From positions 21,868 to 85,867 of the forward strand of contig VHCX01000005.1 of the NCBI GenBank assembly GCA_016871615.1: a stretch of DNA of 64,000 nt, read 5' to 3'. Under the pieces are notes generated by a model that was not told the DNA's origin, ran no database searches, and was given only the letters and a program-made list of their open reading frames with translations. Every line of letters starts with the position of its first letter. The first letter of the stretch is position 1. Positions 47,874-57,354 of the stretch are shown here, in pieces. The stretch is from Verrucomicrobiota bacterium. Its GTDB lineage: Bacteria > Verrucomicrobiota > Verrucomicrobiia > Limisphaerales > UBA9464. The translations under genes were made by a program, and so were the position numbers.

Positions 47874-48335
47874 ATGAGCCGCATCGAATCCAAGCTGGCC
47901 GAACTCGGCCTCACCCTCCCCGCCCCACCGCCCCCCGGAGGCAACTACCTGCCCTTCCGCATCGAGGGCAAGACGCTCTACCTGCCCGGGGCCATCCCCA
48001 GCCGCGAGGGCAAGGTCCAGTTCGCCGGCAAGGTGGGCGAAACCTTCACGATCGAGCAGGGCTACGAGTCGGCTCGGCTGTGCGCGCTCAACCTGCTGGC
48101 CTGCGCCAAGCTGGGCCTGGGCGACCTCGACCGCATCGACCACGTGATCTCCGTCGGCGGCTACGTGAACTGCGTGGCCGGGTTCGCCGACAGCCCCAAG
48201 GTCATCAATGGCGCGAGCGACCTGCTCGTGGCGTTGATGGGCGATGACGGCCGCCATGTGCGCGCCGCCGTGGGCGTGGCCGGCCTGCCGGCCAACTCGG
48301 CCACCGAGGTGCAGATGATCGTGGCCCTGAAGTGA
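47874..48335 (+). CDS. RidA/YjgF/UK114-family protein
   Basis: 153 aa. '...GKTLYLPGAIP' ... 'VGGYVN' ... 'HVRAAVGVAGLP.NS..EV' shows typical RidA-family spacing. Confidence 0.8.
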   Translation: MSRIESKLAELGLTLPAPPPPGGNYLPFRIEGKTLYLPGAIPSREGKVQFAGKVGETFTIEQGYESARLCALNLLACAKLGLGDLDRIDHVISVGGYVNCVAGFADSPKVINGASDLLVALMGDDGRHVRAAVGVAGLPANSATEVQMIVALK

Positions 48336-48391
48336 GCCGTCGCGCCTAGGGTCGCTCGGATGGTCGTGCAGAGGGTCGCGCGGTGCCCCGC

Positions 48392-49915
48392 TCAGCGGGG
48401 GAACCGTTCGGCCAGCGAGACGGCCTTCCGCATGGCCTTGGACTTGTTGACCGTCTCCTCGAACTCGGCCTCGGGATCGGAGTCGTTCACCCAGCCGCCA
48501 CCGGCCTGCACGTGGGCCATGCCGTCCTTCACCAGCGCGGTGCGGATGGTGATGCAGTGGTCGGCGTTGCCGTTGAAGCCGAAGTAGCCCACGCACCCGC
48601 CGTAGGGCCCGCGGGTAGTGCCCTCCAGCTCGGAGATGATCTGCATGGCCCGGATCTTCGGGGCGCCGCTCAGGGTGCCCGCCGGGAAGGTGGTGCGCAT
48701 CAGGTCGAAGGCGCTGCGGCCGTCCGAGAGCCGCCCGTTGACCTGCGACACGATGTGCATCACGTGGCTGTAGCGCTCGATGACCATGAGGTCGCGCACG
48801 GCCACCGTGCCGTAGTCGCAGACCCGTCCGATGTCATTGCGGGCGAGGTCCACGAGCATGACGTGTTCGGCGCGCTCCTTGGGGTCGGCCAGCAGCTCCT
48901 TCTCCAGGGCCAGGTCCTCGGCCTCGCTGGCCCCGCGGCGTCGCGTGCCGGCGATGGGGCGGATCTCCACGGCGCGGTCCTCGCAGCGCACATGCAGCTC
49001 GGGCGAGGCCCCGACCAGCGCGAAACCCTCCAGCTCCAGCAGGAACATGTAGGGTGACGGGTTGATCGAGCGGACCGCCCGGTAGATCTCCATGGGCGAG
49101 GCCTTCACCGGGGCGCTGAAGCGCTGGGAGCCCACCGCCTGGATGATGTCGCCCGAACGGATGAACTGCTGGGAACGGGCCACGTTGGCCAGGAACTGCC
49201 CGCGCGGGGTGTTGGAGACGAAGGGGGCGTCGGGAGCCTGCGGCTCGAGGGTCACCGCCGGGCTCTCCAGCGGCTGCTCGAGCAGGGCCACCAGCCGGTC
49301 GATCTCGGAGACCGCATCGTCGTAGGCGGCTTCCGGGTCGCCACCGTCGGGCACCACGGCGTGGACGATGACCGTCAGGGTCTGGGCCACGCGGTCGAAG
49401 ACGAGCACCTGGTCGGCGATGAGGAAGTACAGCGTCGGGGTGCCCAGCTCATCCTTGGGAGGACGCGGGACCACCGGTTCCACATCGTGGATGAACTCGT
49501 AGCCGATGAAGCCCACCGCGCCGCCGGTGAAGCGCGGCATGCCCGGGACGGGCACCGGGACGAATCCCGACAGCACCGACTCCACCACCGCGAGCCCGTC
49601 GCGCACGACCTTCTCGCCCGGCCCGCACGGCTGGGGGGAGACGCGGTACGCATCGACCACACGGCCCTGTTCGAGGACCTCCACCCGGTCGGCGGTCTGG
49701 CGGATCACCGACCGCGGACCGCAGCCCACGAAGGAATAGCGGCCCAGGTGCTCGCCGCCCTCGACCGACTCGAAGAGGAACGACTCGCCCTGTCCGCGAA
49801 GCTTCCGGTAGGCGGACAGTGGGGTTTCGAAGTCCGCGAGCAGGCGGCGGGCGACCGGGATGCAGTTGCCCCGGCGGGCCAGCGCCGCGAACTCTTCTCG
49901 GGTCGGCGTGTCCAT
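48392..49915 (-). CDS. trpE: Anthranilate synthase component I
   Basis: 'LADFETPLSAYRKL......FLFESVEGGE..GRYSF.G', 'GAVGF.GYE', 'PSPYMF', 'RGPYGG.VGYF' and 'IRT'. ATG 49915 is preferred over the ORF-track GTG 49927. Confidence 0.93.
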   Translation of the reverse strand: MDTPTREEFAALARRGNCIPVARRLLADFETPLSAYRKLRGQGESFLFESVEGGEHLGRYSFVGCGPRSVIRQTADRVEVLEQGRVVDAYRVSPQPCGPGEKVVRDGLAVVESVLSGFVPVPVPGMPRFTGGAVGFIGYEFIHDVEPVVPRPPKDELGTPTLYFLIADQVLVFDRVAQTLTVIVHAVVPDGGDPEAAYDDAVSEIDRLVALLEQPLESPAVTLEPQAPDAPFVSNTPRGQFLANVARSQQFIRSGDIIQAVGSQRFSAPVKASPMEIYRAVRSINPSPYMFLLELEGFALVGASPELHVRCEDRAVEIRPIAGTRRRGASEAEDLALEKELLADPKERAEHVMLVDLARNDIGRVCDYGTVAVRDLMVIERYSHVMHIVSQVNGRLSDGRSAFDLMRTTFPAGTLSGAPKIRAMQIISELEGTTRGPYGGCVGYFGFNGNADHCITIRTALVKDGMAHVQAGGGWVNDSDPEAEFEETVNKSKAMRKAVSLAERFPR

Positions 49916-50038
49916 GACGGGCGGCACGGTAGGTCAAAAGCCCGCCCGACCAGAAGCCCGAAGCTCGGCGCGGGGCGGAAAGCCGTCGGCGGAAACTGCT
50001 CGCCCCCGGCCGGGCCCTCGGGTTGTCTCAAGGCCGCG

Positions 50039-50887
50039 ATGCCCTCGACCGAGGCACAGCCCCAGGTGGATGTCCCATGGCCCCGGCAGATCCCCTGCCT
50101 GGGGACGCCGCTGACCGTGACCGACCACCCCGGCGCGCTGGCCCTGTGCCGCCGACTGGCCGCGGGCGGGGCGCCGTCGGCCATCGAGTTCTGCAACACG
50201 CAGATCGTCACGCTCCGCCGATCGGACCCGGACTACCGGCAGACCAGCGGGTGCTTCGACCGCTTCATCCCCGACAGCACGCCCCTGCTCTGGCTGCTGA
50301 ACCGCGCCGGGGCCGGCCTCCGGGACCGGGTGTACGGCCCGGCCTTCCTCCGGCACGCCCTGACCCATTCGCCGGCCGACCTGACCCACTACCTGCTCGG
50401 CGGCTCGGATGCCTGCGGGCGGGCGCTGGCGGAACGCTTCACCGCCCTGAACCCGGGCCTGCGGATCGTGGGCTCCTTCCACGGCCGCTGCGATGCCGGG
50501 GGAATCCTCGGGGCGGACGACGCGGCGGTCCTCGCGGACCTGAGGCGGCTGCGGCCCGACTTCATCTGGGTGGGCCTCGGCACGCCGAAGCAGCAGCGCT
50601 GGATCGCCCGGGTCAAGCCGTTGCTGGAACATGGGGTGCTGCTGTCCGTGGGCCAGGCCTTCGACGTGAACGCGGGCCTGAGACCGGACGCTCCGGCCTG
50701 GATGCAGCGGGTCGGGCTCACCTGGCTTCACCGGCTGGCGTCGGAACCCCGCCGGCTGGCCGGCCGGTACCTGAAGCACAACTCCCAGTTCCTGGTATGC
50801 CTGCTTCTGGACACCCTCCGGGGCCGGGTCTTCGCCCCGACCGGGCCGGACCGGATCAGGACGGATGGGACGGACGGGCCGCGATGA
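50039..50887 (+). CDS. WecB/TagA/CpsF-family glycosyltransferase
   Basis: 'PDS.PLLWL', 'RV.GP.F', 'LLGG', 'PD..WVGLGTPKQ..WI', 'GVG.AFD..AG' and 'W.....L.WLHRL..EPRRL..RY'. Confidence 0.85.
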   Translation: MPSTEAQPQVDVPWPRQIPCLGTPLTVTDHPGALALCRRLAAGGAPSAIEFCNTQIVTLRRSDPDYRQTSGCFDRFIPDSTPLLWLLNRAGAGLRDRVYGPAFLRHALTHSPADLTHYLLGGSDACGRALAERFTALNPGLRIVGSFHGRCDAGGILGADDAAVLADLRRLRPDFIWVGLGTPKQQRWIARVKPLLEHGVLLSVGQAFDVNAGLRPDAPAWMQRVGLTWLHRLASEPRRLAGRYLKHNSQFLVCLLLDTLRGRVFAPTGPDRIRTDGTDGPR

Positions 50888-51803
50888 CCGCCTCGGCGCG
50901 CAGGAGGTTGGCGGAGGCCGTCCGGCACAATGCGAGGAAGGTCTCCTCGGCGAGGGTCAGCCGCCGGGTGCGCCAATGGAGGACACCCCAGTCCCTCCGC
51001 ACGCTTCGGGGCCCGAGAGGCAGGGCGACCAGCGATCCGGACCGCAGCTCCGGCTCGGCCACCCAGGGAGCGAGGATGCCGACTCCCAGGTCCAGCTTCA
51101 CCAGTTCCTTGAGCGCCTCGAAGCTGCCCATCTCGATGACCGAGTTGAGGGTGATCCCCTCCGAGCGGAAGTGCGCGTCGAGGATGCGCCAAGTGAGGCT
51201 GCGCTTGCCGTAGACGACCATGCTCTGCCGGGGGATCTCGGCACGGGGCACCTCGCCGGCGCGGGCCCAGGGGTGGCTTGGCGCCGCGATGAAGACCAGC
51301 TCGTCGGAGAACAGCGGGGCAAACTCGAGCCGCTCCTCGGCCTTGTGCTCGAGGGTCAGGGCGAGGTCGGCGAGGTTGGCCTCGATGAGCCCGACGGCCG
51401 CGGCCGAATCGCCCGCCTCGACGCTGATGAGGTTCTGCGGAAAGCTTTCCTTGAACTCCCGGATCACCTTCGGCAGCAGGAATGCGCAGAGCGCGGCCGG
51501 GGCCACGACACGGATCCGGCCTGCGCCCCATCGGCCCAGCCGCTCGAGGCCGGTCCGGGCGAGATCCATCTCCCGCAGCACCCGCTCGGCATGCACCAGC
51601 AACTGCTCGCCCGCCTGCGTCATCAAGACCTTCTTGCCCACCCTGTCCAAAAGGCGACACCCAACATCGGTCTCCAGCGCCTTCATGGAATGGCTGACGG
51701 CCGACTGGGTGAGGAAGAGCTCACGGGCCGTCAGCGTGAAGCTGCCCGTTCGGGCAAGGATCGAAAACGCGTGGAGCTGCCGGCTGTCGAGGGGCGTCTT
51801 CAT
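50856..51803 (-). CDS. LysR-family transcriptional regulator
   Basis: wHTH 'LHAFSILARTGSFTLTARELFLTQSAVSHSMKALE' followed by a LysR substrate-binding domain. The 3' end overlaps the convergent glycosyltransferase by 32 nt. Confidence 0.9.
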   Translation of the reverse strand: MKTPLDSRQLHAFSILARTGSFTLTARELFLTQSAVSHSMKALETDVGCRLLDRVGKKVLMTQAGEQLLVHAERVLREMDLARTGLERLGRWGAGRIRVVAPAALCAFLLPKVIREFKESFPQNLISVEAGDSAAAVGLIEANLADLALTLEHKAEERLEFAPLFSDELVFIAAPSHPWARAGEVPRAEIPRQSMVVYGKRSLTWRILDAHFRSEGITLNSVIEMGSFEALKELVKLDLGVGILAPWVAEPELRSGSLVALPLGPRSVRRDWGVLHWRTRRLTLAEETFLALCRTASANLLRAEAVIAARPSHPS

Positions 51804-51937
51804 GCGGGGACGTGTTAAACCGACTCTGGTCCCCCGCCCGGAAGCAACTGACGGGCCGTTCTCCCCCAACCTGTTCCCGGCCCTTTCCCCGGCTTGGGTG
51901 GGACCGGAGTGGGATTCCGGGCGCGTCGCCCGGCCCC

Positions 51938-53512
51938 TCAAGGCTCGGTGAGGCCGCGGAAGCGGTCGGTGCGGAAGGGCGAGGCGGGCAGGCCCTGGGC
52001 GTTGACCAGGTTGACCACCGGGAAGTCGTCCCAGCCATACCGGACGTGGAGCGGGTGCGACACCTGCGGCGAGCCCAGCCGGACGCTGGAACCCGAGACC
52101 TCCGTGGCCGAGGCCCGGTGCCAGACGCCGTCCTTGCCCGCCACGGAGAATCCCGTCGGGGCCGCGCCGTCCGAGGTCTTCAATCCCCGGACGTGGTTGA
52201 AGTTCAGCACCAGGGTCGAGCCCGAACGGCCCATCGAGGCGAAGGTCGGGCCGCTCGATTCCACGGCCTGACCGTAGGCGATGGTCCGGGCCAGGAGCGC
52301 CAGGCGCGCGCCCACCGGAGCCTTCCTGGTGGGATGGATGTCGTCCTTGTCGCCGACATCGGTGATCACGGCGACGCCCACCCGGGGCAGCGTCGCGGCC
52401 ACGTGGTTCTGGGCCTCGCGCAGTTCGGCCCAGTCGCTCTCGACCGGCCTGGCGGTGATGTCGGCGATGGAGCGCTTGCGGTTCTTGTCCCACGGGGCGA
52501 GCTGGACGGCCAGGAAGGGGAAGTCGCCCTGGCCCCAGTCGCCGCGCCAGTTGCGGATCATGTTGGCGAAGAGGCTGCGGTACTGCCAGGCGCGGCCGGC
52601 ATTGGACTCGCCCTGGTACCAGATGGCCCCGGCGATGGCGTACGGCATCAGCGGCCGGAGCATGCCGTTGTACAGCTCGGACGGGCGCCACGGGGCCCAC
52701 GGCGAACCCTGGTTGAAGTTCTCGCCCTTGGCCTCGGCCGCGGCCTTGGCGGCACGCCACTTGGACATCGCCGCCTCATGGACCTTCAGGGACGGCACAT
52801 ACGGTTCGAGGATGTCGCGGGCGTAGAGGTGGTCGTCCTCCAGCGTGTCCTGGCTCATCCAGACCTCCGCCGGCGAACCCCCCCAGCTGGTGTGGATCAG
52901 GCCCACCGGCACGCCGAGCGCGGGCTGCAGGTCGCGGCCGAAGTAGTAGCCCACGGCCGAGAACCGGCGGACGGCCTCCGGCGAGGCGGCTCCCCAGGCG
53001 TGGGAGGCGTGGTCCAGATCGGTCTGCGGCACCGGGGAGCGACGCTTGACGACCGTGAAGAGGCGCAGGTTGGGGTTGGCGCTGGTGGCGATGTCGGCGG
53101 CAGGCTCGTGGCTGGCCGACAATGGCCACTCCATGTTGGACTGGCCGGAGCAGATCCACACCTCGCCGACGACCACATCGCTCACCACCACGGCGGTCCG
53201 GCCCTGCACCCGCAGGCTGCGTCCCTCGGCCGAGGCCTTCAAGGGCCGCAGGCGCACCGACCATCGGCCGTTCCGGGCCACGGTGGAGACGCTCTGCCCG
53301 GCGAACTCCACGGTGACCTCCTCGCCGTCGTCCGCGCGGCCCCAGACCGGCACCGGCCGGCCCCGTTGGAGCACCGCGTGGTCGGTGAAGAGGCCATGGA
53401 GGGAGACGTCGGCATGGAGGCAGTCCCGGCCGGTGGCCAGGAAGGCCAGGGCCGCGACCGGGACGAGGAGGGCGGAAGGGAGGCGCATCAGAGGGGAGTT
53501 GAACCGCAGCAT
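51938..53512 (-). CDS. Sialate O-acetylesterase (9-O-acetylesterase) family protein, exported
   Basis: 'LF.DH.VLQR..P.PVWG', '[15 protein letters not shown]', 'SWGGSP.E.W', 'AIWYQGESN' and 'VITD.GD..DIHP..K..VG.RLA'. The start is ATG 53512 (the ORF-track start 53527 is TTG). Confidence 0.88.
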   Translation of the reverse strand: MLRFNSPLMRLPSALLVPVAALAFLATGRDCLHADVSLHGLFTDHAVLQRGRPVPVWGRADDGEEVTVEFAGQSVSTVARNGRWSVRLRPLKASAEGRSLRVQGRTAVVVSDVVVGEVWICSGQSNMEWPLSASHEPAADIATSANPNLRLFTVVKRRSPVPQTDLDHASHAWGAASPEAVRRFSAVGYYFGRDLQPALGVPVGLIHTSWGGSPAEVWMSQDTLEDDHLYARDILEPYVPSLKVHEAAMSKWRAAKAAAEAKGENFNQGSPWAPWRPSELYNGMLRPLMPYAIAGAIWYQGESNAGRAWQYRSLFANMIRNWRGDWGQGDFPFLAVQLAPWDKNRKRSIADITARPVESDWAELREAQNHVAATLPRVGVAVITDVGDKDDIHPTRKAPVGARLALLARTIAYGQAVESSGPTFASMGRSGSTLVLNFNHVRGLKTSDGAAPTGFSVAGKDGVWHRASATEVSGSSVRLGSPQVSHPLHVRYGWDDFPVVNLVNAQGLPASPFRTDRFRGLTEP

Positions 53513-53688
53513 CGCCCCCCGGGTCAACGAGGGATTTTCCGGCGATCCCCCCGGGGGGCCGGGGGAGGAACCGGGCAGGAACCGGGCAGGAACCGGGGAG
53601 TGGCCGGGCCGGCGGGGCGACCCGCGACGAGCGGTTCGACCCGCCGGCCGCGCGATTTCCGGGATTGCGAAACGGGCGCGCCGCCCCG

Positions 53689-54516
53689 ATGACCTCCGGG
53701 GTGAGCGATTCCATCCTTCCGCTGTGGCGGACCCTGAACCGTCGCAAGGGACTCTTCCTGATCTCCGGACCCTGCGTCATCGAGAGCGAGGACGTCTGCC
53801 TCGAGATCGCGCGGACCCTCAAGGCCGTGTGCCGTCGCCTCGGCATGCCCTATGTCTTCAAGGCCAGCTTCGACAAGGCCAACCGCTCGTCGGGGACGTC
53901 CTTCCGCGGACCCGGGATGGCCGAAGGCCTCGAGGTGCTGCGACGGATCCACACCGAGGTCGGGGTACCGGTGCTGACCGACGTCCACACGCCTGGGCAG
54001 GCGGTCGCCGTCGCCGGGGTCTGCGACATCCTCCAGATCCCGGCCTTCCTGTGCCGCCAGACCGACCTGGTGCAGGCAGCCGCCGCCACCGGCCGGATCG
54101 TGAACCTCAAAAAGGGCCAGTTCCTCGCCCCGGAGGACATGCGGCATGTGGCGGCCAAGGCGGTCGAGACGGGCAACCGCCGCCTCCTGCTCACCGAGCG
54201 CGGCACCACCTTCGGCTACCACAACCTCGTGGCCGACATGCGCTCGCTGCCGATCCTGGCCGGCCTGGGCTTCCCCACCGTCTTCGACGTGACCCACTCG
54301 GTGCAGTTGCCCGGCGGACGGGGCGACTCCTCCGGGGGGCAGCGCGAGTTCGGCCCGGTGCTGGCCCGATGCGCGGTCGCCGCCGGCGTGGACGGCCTCT
54401 TCATCGAGACGCACCCGGAGCCCGACCGGGCCCTGAGCGACGGTCCGAACATGATCCCCCTCGACGAGCTGCCGGCGCTGCTACGGCAACTCCAGAGGAT
54501 CCGGCGGGCCCTTTGA
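53689..54516 (+). CDS. kdsA: 3-deoxy-8-phosphooctulonate (KDO-8-P) synthase
   Basis: 'ISGPCVIES', '[12 protein letters not shown]', 'TDVH', '[13 protein letters not shown]', 'NLKKGQF', 'TERG..FGY.NLV.D.RSL', 'DVTHSVQ.PGG' and 'G.F.ETHP.PD.ALSDGPN'. Confidence 0.95.
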   Translation: MTSGVSDSILPLWRTLNRRKGLFLISGPCVIESEDVCLEIARTLKAVCRRLGMPYVFKASFDKANRSSGTSFRGPGMAEGLEVLRRIHTEVGVPVLTDVHTPGQAVAVAGVCDILQIPAFLCRQTDLVQAAAATGRIVNLKKGQFLAPEDMRHVAAKAVETGNRRLLLTERGTTFGYHNLVADMRSLPILAGLGFPTVFDVTHSVQLPGGRGDSSGGQREFGPVLARCAVAAGVDGLFIETHPEPDRALSDGPNMIPLDELPALLRQLQRIRRAL

Positions 54517-54541
54517 CCCCTCCCGGCGTCGGGCCGGGCCG

Positions 54542-55399
54542 TCAGGCCCCGGAGACCGGCCACCCGAAGAACCTTCGCCCGTTGGCCTCGCACCTTGCGG
54601 CCAGTTCCTCGGCGGGCAGTCCCAGCCGGTCGGCCAGGCCGACGGCGATGCGGGGCAAGTTGGCCGGGCAGTTGACGGGGCGTCCCCCGGGCGCGGCCGC
54701 CGGATGCGTAATCCACTCTGCCGGCGGGAGCTGGTCCGGCGCATCGGTCTCGACCAGCCACCGGGCGCGGGGAATGGCCCGGAAGACCCCGATCTGGTGT
54801 GCCTTGCGCGGATGCAGGGAGTGGCCCGAGAGGCTGAAGTGGCCCCCGAGCCGCACCAGTTCGGCGACGAGTTCGGCCGGACCGCCGTAGCTGTGCAGGA
54901 GAAATCCCCGGGGCAACGGGCCCCGGCCACGGAGAACGGCCAGAAGGGGTCCCCAGGCCCGGAGGCAATGCAGCGAAACCGGAAGGCCCCGGGCCTCGGC
55001 CAGGTCAAGCTGCGCGCGGAGGACCGCGATCTGCTCCTCCATCGGGGCGGGCCCCGACGGTCCGGTGCCCAGCTCGAGGCATCGGTCGGCCGGCTGGTCG
55101 AGAATCCAGCCATCCAGGCCCGCCTCGCCCAGTCCGGCCCGGGAACACCGGACAAGGCATCCTTCCAGCTCCTCGCGCCAGACCGGCGATCGGGTGGAAG
55201 CCCGCCACGGATGCAGCCCGAAGGCCGGGATCACCTCGGGAAACCGTTGCGCGAGCCCGAGAACCGCCGGCCAATCGCCCTCCCCGGTGCCGTTGACCAC
55301 CATGGCCTCGACGCCGGAGGCCAAGGCCTCGGTCAACCGTCGGGTCGGATCACCGAGACGGGGATCCTGAAGATGATTGTGGGCATCGAACCAGCGCAT
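54542..55399 (-). CDS. TatD-family metal-dependent hydrolase
   Basis: 'WFDAHNHL', 'FGLHPW', 'GE.GLD', 'P.SLHC..A', 'LLHSY.G' and 'L.ETDAPD'. ATG 55399 is chosen; the upstream part of the ORF (WTWMWTW...) is repeat-derived and rejected. Confidence 0.85.
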   Translation of the reverse strand: MRWFDAHNHLQDPRLGDPTRRLTEALASGVEAMVVNGTGEGDWPAVLGLAQRFPEVIPAFGLHPWRASTRSPVWREELEGCLVRCSRAGLGEAGLDGWILDQPADRCLELGTGPSGPAPMEEQIAVLRAQLDLAEARGLPVSLHCLRAWGPLLAVLRGRGPLPRGFLLHSYGGPAELVAELVRLGGHFSLSGHSLHPRKAHQIGVFRAIPRARWLVETDAPDQLPPAEWITHPAAAPGGRPVNCPANLPRIAVGLADRLGLPAEELAARCEANGRRFFGWPVSGA

Positions 55400-55460
55400 C
55401 ACTCCGCAGGAAACGTGAACCGCCTCCCGCAGCCGCATCCTCGTTCCCGTTCCCCTCCAT

Positions 55461-55502
55461 GTCCACATCCAGGTCCAGGTCCAGGTCCACATCCACGTCC
55501 AG
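55461..55502. repeat. Imperfect hexanucleotide array (RTCCAS)x7 in the tatD upstream intergenic region
   Basis: Read directly: gtccac atccag gtccag gtccag gtccac atccac gtccag. Confidence 0.8.
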
Positions 55503-55636
55503 GCCCTTCGAGGGGCCGGCAACGTGAACCGCTTCACGGTGAAGGTGGAGAACCCCGCATCCGCCCCCAAGTCGCCGCCGCGCTCCCCGGATGGCCGGGC
55601 CAGTTGAGTTTCTCGCCACCGGTGGCAGCTTGCAAA

Positions 55637-56116
55637 GTGCCGTTTTCAAGACTCAGTCGAACCACCGATGCCGCCGTCGGTTACTTCGAGTTGGGAATGA
55701 TCGAGGCGGCGCTCCAGGAGCTGGACAAACTTCCCCCGGCCGAGCAGTTGGAGCCGGAGGTGCTCGAGCTGCGTTCGGTGATCCACCAGCACACCGGCCG
55801 TTGGTCCGAGGCGGCCCAAGCCTTCGGGGCCCTGTGCGCCCGCCGCGACGCCGAGCTCGAGCATTTCATCGGCTGGGGATGCTGCCTGTATGAACTCGGG
55901 GCCCATGAGGAGGCTCGGGCGGCGCTGCTCTCGGCCCCGGAAACGCTCCGACAGAACGGCCTCTGGCATTACCATCTCGCCTGCTACGAGGCGCTCACCG
56001 GTCGGGCGGTGGCGGCGCGGGAGCGGATCGACCGGGCCCTCCGGCTCGATCCCTGCCTCCAGCGCATGGCCGAGCAGAACTCCAACCTCGCCCCCCTGCT
56101 GCGCGGGGCCGCCTGA
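55637..56116 (+). CDS. Small TPR-like repeat protein
   Basis: Helical-hairpin pattern ('GRWSEAAQAF..L', 'LYELGAHEEARAAL', 'LACYEALTGRAVAARERIDRALRLDP'). The start is uncertain: GTG 55637 or ATG 55697. Confidence 0.55.
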   Translation: MPFSRLSRTTDAAVGYFELGMIEAALQELDKLPPAEQLEPEVLELRSVIHQHTGRWSEAAQAFGALCARRDAELEHFIGWGCCLYELGAHEEARAALLSAPETLRQNGLWHYHLACYEALTGRAVAARERIDRALRLDPCLQRMAEQNSNLAPLLRGAA

Positions 56117-56145
56117 CGGGCCGGGACGGTCGTCCGGGGGAGCGC

Positions 56146-57282
56146 TCAACCCGCCGGACGACGGGCGCACGCCGGCTCGCCAGACCGGACCGGACCGAGG
56201 TAGTCGTAGAGCGGGGCGTCGAGCCCCCGGCCAGGCCAAGCTGTCTGGTCGAGCGCCCCGTGCACGATGCCATCCAGCAGGGCCTCGACGAAAAGGCCCT
56301 CGGCCTCGAAGACCAGCAGGTCGGTCGGAGACACCAGCCCGGAGGCCGTTGCCAGGCAGTCGAGGCAGGCCGCCCGCGCCATCTGCCGGATCCTCCGGAG
56401 CTGGTCCGACTCGGTCTCGCAGCGTCGGTGCAGCACCACGACCGGACGGGGCGACGCGGTGAGCTGCTGGAAGGGCCCGTGCGCGAACTGGAGCAGTTCC
56501 TGGAGGGCGGGTGCCGGACGGAAGAGGCCCTCCACGAACTTGTAGACGACATTCTGCAGGTACTCGCTCAGGTCCGGCGAGGCCAGCAGCACGAAGCCCC
56601 GGCTGAAGGCCGCACCGTCCATCCGGGGCCACGCCTCGTGGCCGGCGTCCCGGCCGGCCCGGAACGCCCGGGCCGCCTCGATCCCCAGCGACCGGGGATC
56701 GCCGCAGAAATCCCCCGGCCTGGCGAAGCTGCCGGCCCACAACCGCGCGGCGAGGAACCCGAGGGCCGGGCCGACCACCCGGATCAGGATCGTGTACTCG
56801 TCCTCGAGGGGGAAACGGATGATCTCGACCGTGTCGTCGCGCTCGAGCAGTTCGAGGCATTCGAGCCGCTCGGTCCTGCCGGAGCGCCGAAGACCCTCGG
56901 CCGTGGCCGAGGTGAAGAGCACCGTGGAGTCGAACCCTGCCCGGTGACCGAAGGCAATGCGCCCCGCCGCCGACAGGCCTTGGCTGAAGACCACCAGGGT
57001 GCGGTCCCGGAACCGCGCCGGGTCGACGGGTTCCACAAGCGCCCCGGTCGGCAGGAATTCGGCGGGGATGTCGGTGAAGCGGTTGAGGAACCAGACCAGG
57101 TAGCGGGCATGGGCCTCGGAACTGCCCAGCCCCGTGGCCACGACCCGGCGGGGCCTCAGGCGGGGTCGCGCCGCGAGCTTCGCCTCGTCCGAGGCACCCC
57201 AGCTCTCCAGGAGCCCGGGAATGGATCGCATCCGCTCGCGCAACAGGCGGATGCCACTGTCAGGGGAACCGTCGGACGGCAT
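56146..57282 (-). CDS. SIS-domain (sugar isomerase/aminotransferase-like) protein
   Basis: 'RVVATGLGSSEAHARYLVWF' (SIS Gly-Ser loop), 'LVVFSQGLS', and a second SIS-like half. The substrate is unknown. Confidence 0.55.
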   Translation of the reverse strand: MPSDGSPDSGIRLLRERMRSIPGLLESWGASDEAKLAARPRLRPRRVVATGLGSSEAHARYLVWFLNRFTDIPAEFLPTGALVEPVDPARFRDRTLVVFSQGLSAAGRIAFGHRAGFDSTVLFTSATAEGLRRSGRTERLECLELLERDDTVEIIRFPLEDEYTILIRVVGPALGFLAARLWAGSFARPGDFCGDPRSLGIEAARAFRAGRDAGHEAWPRMDGAAFSRGFVLLASPDLSEYLQNVVYKFVEGLFRPAPALQELLQFAHGPFQQLTASPRPVVVLHRRCETESDQLRRIRQMARAACLDCLATASGLVSPTDLLVFEAEGLFVEALLDGIVHGALDQTAWPGRGLDAPLYDYLGPVRSGEPACARRPAG

Positions 57283-57354
57283 GCCCTTGGCCTACGCCGA
57301 CATGGGCCGGAATGCAATGCGGCGAAGGGGTCGCCCATCGGGTGGGGCCACCGC

